Shown one piece after another: positions 43,004-60,223 of a stretch of 64,000 bases of DNA. A program made the translations under genes and the position numbers. The stretch is from positions 30,256,001 through 30,320,000 of the forward strand of contig OZ231126.1 of assembly GCA_965153355.1 (NCBI GenBank), read 5' to 3'. This stretch comes from Flaccisagitta enflata (lineage: Eukaryota). The number at the start of each line of letters is the position of its first letter. Position 1 is the stretch's first letter. The notes beneath the pieces are model-generated. The model was not told the DNA's origin. It saw only the letters and a program-made list of their open reading frames with translations, and did no database searches.

Positions 43004-43584
43004 TAACCCACACCCATGGGCAATAAAGCACTCTTTAATCAGGAGCGGGGAGCGCCGCTCCTCGGAAGGGATGGAAGCTTGTCGGAAGGGAAGGGAAGGG
43101 AAGGGAAGGAAGGATAAGAAAGGAAAAGAAAAAAAGAAAGAAAGAAAGAAAGAAAGCAGGAAAGACAGGAAGGAAGGAAAAACAAAACAAAAAAGAGAGG
43201 AAAAAAGAAAATAATGAAGAAAGAAAAAAAATTAGGAAAGAAAAAACAAAAAGAAAGGAAAGAAAAAAAGAATAGAAAAAGAAAAAGAACAAGGCCCGAT
43301 GCACGGCTACCCCAGTCGCGTGCGGGTGGGCAGGGGCCATAATTGAGGTCACCAGATCATTTGGGCAGGAGCAGTGAAGCCAAAAATTCCAAAAACCCCA
43401 AAAAAGTAAAGTGTGACGGATGGACGGACGGACCGACGGACGGACCAACAGAGCGGGGTGTAGAGTCGCGTAGCACGCGACTAAAAAAGAAAGGAAAGGA
43501 AAACAAGAAGAAAAAGAACAAGGCCGGATACACGGCTATCCCAGTCGCGTGCGGTTGGGCAGGGGCCATATTTGAAGTCACTTG

Positions 43585-44448
43585 CAGGCATGCTTTTTAT
43601 GGAGTAGCGAGTAGCGCCGCTACTCGGAATGATATTGGCGCCTCTTGGAAGATCGAAGAAGAAGAAGAAGAAGAAGAAGAAGAAGAAGAAGAAGAAGAAG
43701 AAGAAGAAGAAGAAGAAGAAGACAAAGAGAAAAAAAAAAAGGAAAAGAGAAAAAAAAGAAGAAAAAAGTGAAGAAGAAGATAGAAATAATAAGAAATAGA
43801 GGGAACATGGTTATACTTCCACCCCAATTCACATGCTCACCGCCTATGTTCCCTTCGACCTCTTCGACTGATTCTTCACCTCGTACTTTTGATCTCCAAC
43901 TGACGCCAACAGTTTCTGGGCGGGTTAGATCCCCCGCCATCCAAAAATGCCCCCAGAAGGTAATCCGGAAGGTTAAGAAAAAAACACCGAAGCCGAAACT
44001 ACGCAATGATCACTTAGGTTGACGTCTTATGATTAACTTTGAAGTTAAGACTCAGATTAATCCTCAGATAAACGTTCTTTAATGTGACGCAATTAAACTG
44101 ATCATAGCATTCATGGAATTTCATTTAGTAACTTAATGATAAAACACACAATAAAGTTGCGCATTGATAAATCTGTGACGACATTAAGATTGTTTTAGAC
44201 AGTAAAAGAAACCTTGCTACTGCAATATGCAAATCATCCCTTTACATTAATTTTGAGAGATGGAAAGATGTAACATTCATCTGTACAATCTTGTCGATAG
44301 AGATGAAGCAAAGATGACAAGACCAAGAACAAAACATGTAGAGCATGTAACTAACCTTAGCCTATTTGACAAGTGTATGATAGACAAGTCGGAAGATCTA
44401 AAGGGGAAATACATGCTACTCGGAGAGATAGAAGAAAAAGCATGCCTG
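43585..44448. mobile_element. hAT-like non-autonomous element inserted in a Helentron-like copy
   Basis: 14-bp TIR CAGGCATGCTTTTT / AAAAAGCATGCCTG with 8-bp duplication GTCACTTG at 43577-43584 and 44449-44456. Confidence 0.85.
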
Positions 44449-45658
44449 GTCACTTGATCATTTGGGCAGGAGCAGTGCGGCCAAAGACCGCAAAAAAGAA
44501 ATGAAGTGTGACGGACGGACCGACCGACAGACGGACCGACAAAGTGGGGTGTAGATTCGCGTAGCACGCGACTAAAAAGAGAGGAAAAAAAATAATGAAG
44601 AAAGAAAAAAAAGAAGGAAAGAAAAAAAAGGTCAAAGAAGTCATCATAGCTCGGAGTGGCCCAAAAATTCAACACACTAATGGGTTGATTAAAGACACGA
44701 TTGACATGATGCATGGTGCAGGAAAATGGCACTGTGCATAGCTCTGCAGCTTCAAAACTCAAATTCTATCACATCTCAGAGACTGTTGATTCACTTCAAA
44801 ATGTCAGCCCCACTTTTTTCCTTGATTAGGCGTAGAACTGGGTTATTGTATGTCTTAAAATGAAAAAAGTAAATTACTGCATATTTTTTGCATTTTTCTA
44901 TATTTTGATTGATATTAGACAGTAAATAATTAGAAATATGTCCGTCGGAAACTTTGAGGTTGAAATCCCTGCCCCTCGGAAGGTTTGAAAGATGTGTATG
45001 TCTGGTGGGATCTACAAAGGTCCTCTCTCTTAGCGTATGAGTCTATATGAGTCTATACTACTATGCTCTGTGTTTCTAATCAACACTGACTCATCCTTTT
45101 AACTCCAAGACACATTTTTTTTATGGCATTTTGATTTTAAACGGTTCATTACCCTTTCTTTATGGCATTTGTCTGTCCATAGAATTAGCTCTCCCTCCAA
45201 ATGAGGATATGTAATTCATTTCTAAGTTAGGACAGTTTGTGGCCCAAATGTAACGCTTGATTTTCAGTCTGTTCGTTACGTTGCCACAGGCGTAAGAAAA
45301 CAAGCTTCCATATTGGTTGGCAATTAAACAAATTACGAATTGGAAGTGATGACTGATTGATTCCATGATGACAAGTGACTAAATGAAAGACAAAAAGTTA
45401 AACATTGGACGACAAAAGGAAATTTGGTCTAATCAAATGGACACATATCTGAACAAGGCCGGATACACGGCTATCAGTTGCGGACGGGTGGGCAGGGGCG
45501 GAAATGCGCGTTTTCCCACTTTTCGACTCGATGGTTACGGACGGACCGACGGACCGACCAACCGACCGACGGACGGACAGAGCCTCTTATAGAGTTGCGT
45601 GTCCGCAACTAAAAACAAACAAACAAACAAAAAAAGACCGACAAAAACACGCATGCGG

Positions 45659-45795
<137 letters not shown>

Positions 45796-45969
45796 CCCAC
45801 TGTGTTTCTAAGTTTCGACTTCAAGTCATTGTCCCTCTGTCTCTCTATCTTTGCCTCTATCTGTCAGTCTGTCTGTCTGTCTGTCTATCGGTGTGTCGGT
45901 CTGTCTGTCTGTGGGTCTGTCTGTCAATCTATGTGTCTATCTGTGTGTCTGTCTGTGTGTCTGTATGTC

Positions 45970-46068
<99 letters not shown>

Positions 46069-46717
46069 TTCCAGTAAGAAGGATTTAAGGAACGACTTAT
46101 GATATTCAGAATTTATTCAGATCCGCGGAGTGATGTTAGTTGAGATGAGATGTCAGTTGAGATGAGATGTCAGATGAGCACAAGATGAGACAGAGACGGT
46201 ATCAAAGGACATCAAAGAAAGCTTTTGACCTTATCTCTCTGGGCATCTCACTAATCTAGCCTTGTTGTTGAAAACAGGCACGAAAAACAAAAGATAACGA
46301 CGCGCCGCCGAGGAGCTTGAGGAGGAGGAGGAGGAGGAGGAGGAGGAGGAAAAGGAAGATGGAGTGTAAGAGGAGATGAAGAAGGCAGAGAAGAAGTGCA
46401 AACAAGGCTTAAGATTGAAGAAGATGTAGAGAAGATGTACTGGAGAGAGAGTGGATGTATTGGAATTCTCTATCCTATGTAAAAGTCGATCTTATTCAAT
46501 GAAACAAGTGACGCGGAGTCACAATATCGTTGCGGAAGGGTGGGCTGGGGCGTCCAACCTCCGTCCCTATCTTAACCCCCAACCCACACACAAACATACA
46601 CAAAATGACTCCGTACCAACAGACCAAGGGAGGGAGAGAGGGACGTACCCAACAGACGGACAACGCCGTTATAGAATTGCGTGTCCGCGACTAAAAACAA
46701 GGCCAAGTAGGCCAATA

Positions 46718-47480
46718 CACCGTCTTTAGATCGAATTGAAAAATGTTAAACCTTTATAATTCCTAAACTACTTGGCTAAAAGTCTTCAAATTTTCAGTGA
46801 ACATTGCTAATATGTGACAGTTTTGTTGTGCAAAACCTTAGATAAGAGTACTGAATAATTGGAGCACAGCATAACACTGAAAGAATCGGTCTTTATAAGC
46901 CTTGGTGAATTTTTCCTTCACTTTTTTCAAAGGAGCTGTCTTTTTCTGCTTGCCATTTCCAAGCAAATCAAACTAAAATGTTGGCATTGGTAACAATTGA
47001 TTGGTAACTAGTTGTAGAAAGCACATTTGCTGAAAAATTTGAGAAAAAATGGATACTTTGCGGAATTTTCACAAATTTTAGGTGATTTTTTACAAAATCA
47101 TGAGTGGCAAACATAAAAATCATTATAATATTTTCAAAACTAATGAAAATCAGTAGATTTTCAAGCAAAATGGAAGAGTCTGAATGTTCATCATTAGTCT
47201 ACAAGTGTTTTTGGGGTTCTAGTTTAATTCATTTGGAGTTGATAGGCAGCAAAAGGACAGCTTCTTTTAAAAAATGATGAAAAAAGGTTTATTTTGCTTT
47301 AAAAAAAGACCATTTTTTCAGGGTTTTGCTGTACCCCAATTATTCACTATCTATGTTTAGGCTTTTACATAATAAAACCGTCACATGTTAGCAATGTTCA
47401 CTGAAAATTTGAAGACTTTTTGCCCAGTAGTTAAGGAGTTATAAAGGTTGGACATTTTTCAAATCGATCTAAAGACAGTG
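46718..47480. mobile_element. TA-targeting MITE
   Basis: TA-CACCGTCTTTAGATCGA...TCGATCTAAAGACAGTG-TA with long inverted arms. Confidence 0.8.
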
Positions 47481-47612
47481 TAAGTTGCGTCAGGTGGATC
47501 GTCGTATGAATATTACCCCAAACTCCAACAACCGACGGACTCAGCCTTTGGCGCACCCTAAAAAACAAACATCTTGATAGATGGGATTTCACATTCCATG
47601 TCTATATACGTA

Positions 47613-48182
47613 CAGTGGGGTTCATGGAATAACAGCCTAAACTGGAGGAAGGTATTTAAGTGTCTTAATTTCATTTGACAAAGTTGATATTTGAAATATA
47701 AGTTATTCAATTGATGTTTTGTCTAAGTTTTTGGTTGCTATGGAAACCAAATTATTTAACATTTATTCTAAAAATATATTTAAACTAAATATTACAAAGA
47801 ATATTCTCAGAATTGAATTTGCTACAACTTTTTTGTCTTTTCTAAGAATATTGCTCGTTTGGCAGTTGCTGAGGCATCCACATACTAACCAGCTAAATGA
47901 TATACAACGACAAACTAGCAATATTCTTACAGAACATACTGTGGGAAAGTTGTAGTAAATCAAATTTTGAGCAATGTTCCCTGATGATATTTGTCAAAAT
48001 ATTGATATTCTAGTTGTTATAAATGTTTGAAAAAATAATTTTGGTTTCCATAGCAACCAAGAAACTCAGGGACAAAAACATCGATTAAACAACTTATATT
48101 CCAAATATCAAGTTTGTCAAATGAATTTAAGACACTTAAATACCTTCCTCCAGTTGAGGCTGTTATTCCACGAACCCCACTG
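47613..48182. mobile_element. Tc1/mariner-like MITE
   Basis: TA-CAGTGGGGTTC...GAACCCCACTG-TA with long inverted arms. Confidence 0.85.
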
Positions 48183-48554
48183 TATGTCAGAATATAATTG
48201 ACTCGTAATTCTGTAGTAATTTTTCAAAATCTACCAACAGAAATAGGTTCAAAGGTTGCCTACTCTGCTCATAATGCAAAGAATTACGTATATGGAGTGA
48301 CGTTTCTCCTGGTTTATTTACTTGTTCTGTTTTATTGGTTGTCCTCCAGGCTTCCTGTGGCTTCCTGTGACTTTCTAGATAAAGCTTCCTGTGGCCTCCC
48401 GTAGGCCGTGGCTGTGGTTGCCATTGTTGTGGGGTGTGGTTTCCTCAGGCTGCAGCTCCATTTCATCGCTCTTCCATGAAAACATATCTTTTGCGGATTG
48501 TCTGTCTGTCTGTTTGTCTGTCTGTTTGTCTGTCTGTATGTCTGTATGTCTGTA

Positions 48555-48619
<65 letters not shown>

Positions 48620-48695
48620 TCCTGTCTGTCTAGTGTCTTTCTGTCTGCCTGTCTGCATCTGTCTCTCCTTCTGTTTGTCTGTATCTGTATCTGTA

Positions 48696-48796
<101 letters not shown>

Positions 48797-48904
48797 CTTG
48801 CTCTCTGAATGAGCTGGGAGGATGTGTTGTAACAGTGGAGAATTTGCGAAGAAGACTGCGTTTTGTTGTAATAAGAGAAGACAAATAACGGGTTAAGAAA
48901 AAAG

Positions 48905-48963
<59 letters not shown>

Positions 48964-49204
48964 CTAGTCATTGTGGGCCGAACGAAGAAGTTTTTGATTG
49001 CCAGCCGGCGATAAGATCAAAGTATATTTACACAATTTGTTTAGTGGCGTGTTTTTCATTTTCTTCATTCATTCATTCGTTCATTTATTTATTCGTTCAT
49101 TCATTCATTCATTCATTCATTTATCCATTCATTCATTCATTCATTCATTTCTCTTTTCAACGATTCGCTCCTTCATGGCTTCCAATTAAGCGATCGATCA
49201 ATCT

Positions 49205-49238
<34 letters not shown>

Positions 49239-50148
49239 AATTCCGTCGTTCCTCCCTTCCTTCCTTCCTTCTTTCCTTCCTTCCTTCCTTCCTTCCTTCC
49301 GACATTCATTCATTCATATGTATACCATACCTAATTTTGATAATTTTCCCTGACAAATTCATAAATAAGTGATGGTAATTCACGAGATAAAAAAAAACAT
49401 CATTTGGTTCCAGTACAAAGACGCATCTCTGATACCGACAAAAGAAAAAAGAAGAAGAATTTTGAGGATTGATGATATGAAAACAAGGAGCTTACAGGTA
49501 AAATAACAAAAGAAAAGTGTCTCTGACCGAACAAATATTCGACGAATGAATCGAACCAAAACAACAATTATTTTGAAGATAAGTCAACAAAAAAAGGGTC
49601 ACTGAAAATTATTGTAACGACAGATTGTAAATTGTAAATCAGGTTAGGAAAAAAAATGCGATTATTGATCAGAGCGAATTTATGGGAAACAAATTGTCCA
49701 ACTATTTCGGAAAAAAGAAAAAAAAATAATGGAAAAAAAATTCTAAAAGATCATAACGAGGTTTGAAAATAAAAGCGGAATCACGATGCGAGGTGAGGAT
49801 GAGAGAGAGAGAGAGAGAGAGAGATAATGAGAGGCTAGATCATAGAGGAAGGGGAATTTTTTTCAAGGAGTTGTTGATGATTTCAAGAGGCATCCTCGTT
49901 AGCGTCGTCATCACCGTCGTCATCGTCGTTATCGTCGTCATCACCGTCGTCATCGGCATCGTCATCGTCGCCGTCGTCATCGTCGCCGTCGCCGTCATCG
50001 TCATTTTGGTAGTGATCAGCGTTTTAAAATGCCTTTAGCCATATCCAGCAGATGTTTTTCATTTTTTCCCCTCTTTCTGATATCTAAACATCACAACCGA
50101 ATTTGGCGTGCGGGAAATACGAAACTCTCTAAAAGGTACGTAAATGTC

Positions 50149-50245
<97 letters not shown>

Positions 50246-50249
50246 CGTC

Positions 50250-50351
<102 letters not shown>

Positions 50352-51100
50352 ATTGTTGTTGTTGGGTTGTTGTTGTTGTTTGCTAATTGATGTTATTGTT
50401 GTTGTTGTTGGCTTGTTGTTATTGTTTGCTAATTGGTGTTATTGTCGTTGTCGTTATTGTTTGCTTTATCATTAGGAAGATAAAATTGATGAAATAAAAC
50501 CTATAAAAAAAAACATGATACTTTCTCCATGAATGAAAGAATTTATGGAACTGCACTGCTGTAAATGTAAGAATGTATTTCTTATTGACAGAGCGCAATA
50601 ATCTCTGTTGTTGAATTGCACCATACATGAAGTTAACCAAATCCGTGCGGCAAAAAGAAAAAAATATCGCATGTAATCACAGCAAATCAAACATCTGTCA
50701 GACGTACATCTACGTGATCATACACGCTTAAATGTGCGTGTACGCATGCAAAGAACGATATTGGAATTCCAAGTCGACGTCTTGAGCCAATATTGTGAAC
50801 TGAGTTGTGTGTTATGTTTTTTTTAGGTGCGACAAAGCTCCTCTATAACTGGCTGTGTCCGTCGGTCGGTCGGTTCGTTGGTCGGTCGGGTTACACATTC
50901 GTTCGACGATCCACACGTCGCACCTTATTGGCCTTCTTGGCCATGTTTGTTGGTTAAACAAGAATAATATGGATGGAACAAAGACGAGCCGAGAAAATGG
51001 CCAGTCACTCGAGCCAAGACGGCGTTTTCAATCGTTACCGACAGACTGACTGAACAACGCCTTATAAAAAAAGTTATATGGCCTTACGCCATACGCGTTG

Positions 51101-51862
51101 CACGGCGTCCAGGAACAAACCATAGGTCTGAAAAAATGCTCAAGACTCGGCTTGGAAATATAGAATTCAAAGCTTAAAGATAGCAAAAATGAAGCATTTT
51201 TATACATTTTTTATATCAGAAATTAGAATTGTAGCTTCAAGCTGTTTAAAAAATATCTGAAAAGTGTGGCAATAGTTGCTGTAATAATGCTTTTACCTAT
51301 TTGGTAAGTTCAGAGGGTTATTTTATAGATAAAAACTAAAAAAGTTATTTCAAACTATAAAATTGATTTTTTTTTCAGCCAATTTTTATATTTACTTATT
51401 TAAAATTCTTGAAGACTATGAAAAGTGTAGAAACATTATTGAGATACACATGCTGGAATATAATCCAGCTAGTTTTAAGAAATATTTGATAGTTTAGAGC
51501 TTAGAAATAACAAAAAATAACAAAAAATAGTCATTTTACAACAGTTTTTGGCATTTTTCTGGTTTGATTATTAGAAAATCACTCTGAACAAACTGAAGTA
51601 GGTAAAAGCATTAGTGCAACCACTGTAGCCAAACTAATCATACATTTCTACATACTTTTAGAAGCCATGAATACAATTTTTAATCTAAAATATGCTTAAA
51701 AATGCCTTTTTTGGCTATTATTTGACCATCAATTCTATATTTCCAAGCCGATTTTTTAATTTTTGCCATAAATTGATAGCTAATGCATCAAAAAAGACTT
51801 TTATCCCAGGACAGGAGTCTTGGGCATTTTTTTAGACCTATGGTTTGTTCCTGGACGCCGTG
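51101..51862. mobile_element. Chapaev-like MITE
   Basis: TIR CACGGCGTCCAGGAACAAACCATAGGTCT at both ends with 4-bp duplication GTTG. CAC termini with a 4-bp TSD fit Chapaev. Confidence 0.75.
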
Positions 51863-52512
51863 GTTGGCGCACCAACAAAGCCAGCACCTATAAGTTGCCT
51901 GCGGGACATAGTTAGCTTAAGTTGCCTTTAAATGGCTTAAGATGACCTGAAATGACATAAACAGACTTAAAATGACTGAAATGACTAAATTGACGTAATT
52001 GACTAAATATAAAGTGACTTGATATAACCTAATACGACTTAGAATACGACTCAAAATGACTTGAAATGGCATTCAAGCAGGAGCTGAGAGCTCAAAAAAG
52101 CTAAAAACGCTGAAAAAGTAAAGAGGGGACCAACTGACCGACCGACCAACCAACCGTCCAACCAACTGACCAACAGACCAACCAACCGACCGACCGACCG
52201 ACCGACCGACCAACCGACCGACCGACTGAGCGACAAAGCGGGGTGTAGAGTCGCGTAGCACACGACTAAAACTATTAAAACAAAAGACTAAGAGTCTGGC
52301 CATCGAACGCAACAGACACGGACAATTCGACAGGAAATCAGACAGACAACACTATATTGTGTAGCGGGCAGCCGTCATTCTTCATATTCTTCAGATTTTC
52401 TTGGACTTAACGTGGACACAATATTTGTCTCTGTGTGGATTTATCAATGGTCGCGACCGATTGTTACTTGCTACGTTTGAAATATACACACACGAGTCTC
52501 ACATCACTCAAA

Positions 52513-55411
<2,899 letters not shown>

Positions 55412-55494
55412 CTGAATTTTTTATTTCATTTTGTAGGAGGAGGGCAAACATTGATAAGCGATCGGGGGCGGAAAGAGGTGTTGGTATGAGAGAG

Positions 55495-55535
<41 letters not shown>

Positions 55536-55738
55536 AAGAGAAAATGGAGGAAGAGAAAAAGAAAGACAGAATGACAAAAAAGGGTACAGATAGACCGAAT
55601 GACATGAAAAAAAGAGAGAACAGGCAGACAGACACACAGACAGATAGATAGACAAAGAGACAGACAGATAGACAGACAGACAGACAGACAGACCGACAGA
55701 TAGCCAGACAGACCCACAGGCAGAAAGAAAGAAAGAAA

Positions 55739-55814
<76 letters not shown>

Positions 55815-55856
55815 CAGCCAGACAGACCCACAGGAAAGACAGCCAGACAGACCCAC

Positions 55857-55939
<83 letters not shown>

Positions 55940-57084
55940 AAAAAGAAAGAAAGAAAAATAGAAAGAGAGAGAAAAAAAAAAGAAAGAGAAAAAAAAAAAG
56001 ATACGTAAAAGTAAGAAAGAGAAAAAAGATACAGAAAGACGGAATGACATGTCAGAGACAAAAAGACAGAAAGAAAGATTTATAGACAGACAGGCAAACA
56101 GAAATGTCGGGAATTGGGCAAGCGAGGGAGGAAAGAGGAGGATGAGGAGGGAGAGAAAAAGAGCGGAGATATTGAGGGTATGTTTGAATATCATTTGTAA
56201 GGTAACAATCTGTTTTGGCAGGACACGAAAAAAAAAAATCAACTCTCGTTGCCAAAAGATATTGTCAAATATGTTTGAGTGATGAAAATATAATTTCAGA
56301 TGCTTCATTTTTCACGTCGTTGATGTCGTCATCATCGTCACCGTCGTTGTCATCATTATCGTCAGCGTCGTCGTCATCATCGTCAGCGTTATCATTGTCG
56401 TCATCCTCATCGTCACCGTCGTCACCATCAATTCTACCATCAGAAACCAACTACGCATCCGCACGTGCGCACACAGGTCTGCAGGTTCAACCGGATGTCT
56501 ACGCATGATGGAGAGGTTCTGCACTTCTACACCCGATCCCTACGGCCTGATCACTCGGTTCCACAGCCCCTCTCGGCCAAGGGTCCCGGCGCTGGGTCCA
56601 ATACATTAAGCCCGAGCATACTGCTGTGTTTTTAGTCGCGGACACGCAACTCTACACCTTGCCGTGTCGGTCGGTCCGTCGGTCGGTCCCGTAACATTTT
56701 TGAATTTCGAGTTGTTGTCGCACTACTGCTCCTGCCCAACCGTCCGCGACTGTATTGCCGTGTATCCGGCCCGAGCCCGAGCATACTGCTGTTTTTTTTT
56801 ATACATACTGCTGGGTTAGGAGTTTCAGGATTCCACCAAAAGTGTTTGTTTTGACGATATGTTTTAAGCATATTGATCTTATCGTTTGACGGCTAACCAA
56901 CAGCCAAAACTTTTACTTTAAAACATTTTAGCGCGTCTCATCGATTGTGATTTGTAAAAGTTCATTCCAAACTCTGGGTTCAGATACCAGTTGATTATAC
57001 CTCATTTATTCGCCATCGGAAAAATTGTGCAGTGTTTGGACAACTGCATTATGTACATTAGGTTCTCAAGCTGGCCTCACCACG

Positions 57085-57827
57085 TAAGTTATCCTCCTTC
57101 TCCCCGGTGGCGAGGATCTATCGACTGTAAGAGCTAAATTTGCTGGAATGATGAATAATGAATGAGTGATGGATGATGAATGATGAATGATGACTGATGA
57201 ATGATTAATGCGGAATGATGATTGAATGGTCTACATTTTCCTTGGTGGCAAGGATGGATCTACTGTAAGAGCTGAATTAGCCAGAATGATAAATGATGGA
57301 TATTTGAATGATGAATGTCAAATTTTAGATGATGAATGATGATTGAAGGCAGATTAAAGATGAATGATGAATGATTAATGCAGAATGATGAATGAATGGT
57401 CTACATTTTCCTTGGTGGCGAGGATGGATCTACTGTAAGAGCTGAATTTGCCAGAATGATAAATGATGGATATTTGAATGATGAATGTCAAATTTTAAAT
57501 GATGAATGATGATTGATTTAATATCAAAGATGAATGATGAATGATGAATGATGAATGTTGATTGATGAATGATGAATGATAAATGATGAATGCCAGATGA
57601 ATGAACCTTTTCCTCAGCGACTGTAAGAGCTGAATTTGTCAGAATAATGAGTGATGGATAATTGAATGTTGAATGATGAATGATGAATGCTGAATGATAG
57701 ATGGTGAATGACGAATGATGAATGATGAATGATGAAAGAATGATCTACCTTTTCCTCGGCGGCGAGGATCGTTCATCTGCAAGAGCTGAATTTGCCAGAA
57801 TGATGAATGATGGATTTTTGAATGTTG

Positions 57828-57858
<31 letters not shown>

Positions 57859-57925
57859 GAATGTTCTACCTCTTCCTCGGCGGCGATGATCGATCGACTG
57901 TAAGAGCTGAATTTGCCGGGAGAGA
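57085..57925. repeat. Compound tandem array: about 50-bp exon-end copy plus (GATGAAT)n spacers, 6 units
   Basis: CCTCGGCGGCGAGGATC...CTGTAAGAGCTGAATTTGCC recurs near 57100, 57240, 57410, 57612, 57753 and 57875. Confidence 0.85.
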
Positions 57926-58572
57926 CGCGGATTTGACTTTGACTTGAGCGCCACTCAAATTTCCGACGCCGACGTAAATACCAACTCCGGCACCGACGGG
58001 TTTGTCGACGCCGAGAGGTTTGTCGACGCCGAGAGGTTTGTCGACGCCAAGACCTTTGTCTACTTTGACGCCAATTAATTCGTCCTTATAATGTCCACCG
58101 GATACACGTCTACCGGATGGATGTCCTTCGGTCAGTGGAAACAGTCTCGCTCTTATTTGATCCGAGGTTAACGGAACTTCCTCTCCTCCTCTATAATCTG
58201 GTCCTACTCCTCTAGTCGCGCACGAGGCTTTGCGGTTGCCGCCACCACTGATGCCGCCGTTGCCGCTTCCACTGATGCCGCTGCTGCCGCCACCACTGAT
58301 GTTACTGCTGCCGCCACAACTGATCTTACTGCTGCCGATGCCGATGCCGCCGTCAATTGAATCGCCGAAGTTGTGATCGCGCGTCGGCCGACTCGAATTG
58401 GCGGCTTGAAGGAACTCTTTGCCGTCGAAAATCGGTGAATCCTCGGGAAATCTACCGGAAAGGTGATGCCGGACGCCGACGGAGGCGTTGTTGACGCCGA
58501 CGGAAGAGTTGACGTAGAAAGATGCGGAAGAAGAACAAGTTGGCGAAGATGTGGAAGAAGTGACGACAAATT

Positions 58573-59232
<660 letters not shown>

Positions 59233-59367
59233 ATGATAATGGCTGGCGACAATGATGTTGTTGGTACCACCGTATCCGTTCCTTACACATAAAACGCATC
59301 CATTATAAATTTGCGGGAAAAAATTTTAAAAAAAAATGTGTTGAAACTGTGGCTTCCGATTGGATTT

Positions 59368-59403
<36 letters not shown>

Positions 59404-59645
59404 GAGAGAGAGAGAACGAGCTGCAAATTGAAATTCGATCCAGACTCTAGGAATTTGTTTATTTTTGTGTGTGTCTTTTGTTTATTTTTTTATTTTGTTT
59501 TTTTTTCTGTCTCTCTTACTTTATCTCTTTTTCCATCCGTCGTATTGTTTCAGCTGCAGGGTTGAGAAAAAGAGAGAAAGAAAGGAAGGAAGAAAGGAAG
59601 GAACCAGGCTTTAAAACCTCCAGGCCAGAAAACGAAAATGAGAGG

Positions 59646-59705
<60 letters not shown>

Positions 59706-59839
59706 AGAGAGAGAGGAAGAAAGAAGAAAGAAGGGAAAGAAAGAAAGAAAGAAAGAAAGAAAGAAAAGAAAGAAAGAAAAGAAAGAAAGAAGAAAGAAAA
59801 GAAAGAAAAGAAAGAAGAAAGAAGAAAGAAAGAAAAGAA

Positions 59840-59883
<44 letters not shown>

Positions 59884-60017
59884 AAAAGTTAGAAAGAAAC
59901 AGAGTAAGAAAGAAAGTTAGAAAGAAAGAATAAAAGAAAAAAAAGAACGTCTACAAAGAGTAAAGAGCAAGGAAAAGAGGGAGGAGAAGAGAGAGCAATT
60001 GGAATAATAAGACATTC

Positions 60018-60080
<63 letters not shown>

Positions 60081-60223
60081 TTTCTTGGGCTTTACCAACG
60101 ATCCGACGTTCATCAATTACATAAAAGCGATCACTGCAGTGCACTGGGGCAATGGAACCGAATGGGTAGGAGCAGTGCAATGAGGTCGAAAAACCTCTTG
60201 GACGCTGAAACAGTAAATGTGTA

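Noticed and set aside
56265-56600. GC-rich segment and Asp-rich ORF between the two low-complexity exons
   Set aside because: The acidic reading comes from a (GAT/GAC)n tract, and no phase-compatible exon could be defined.
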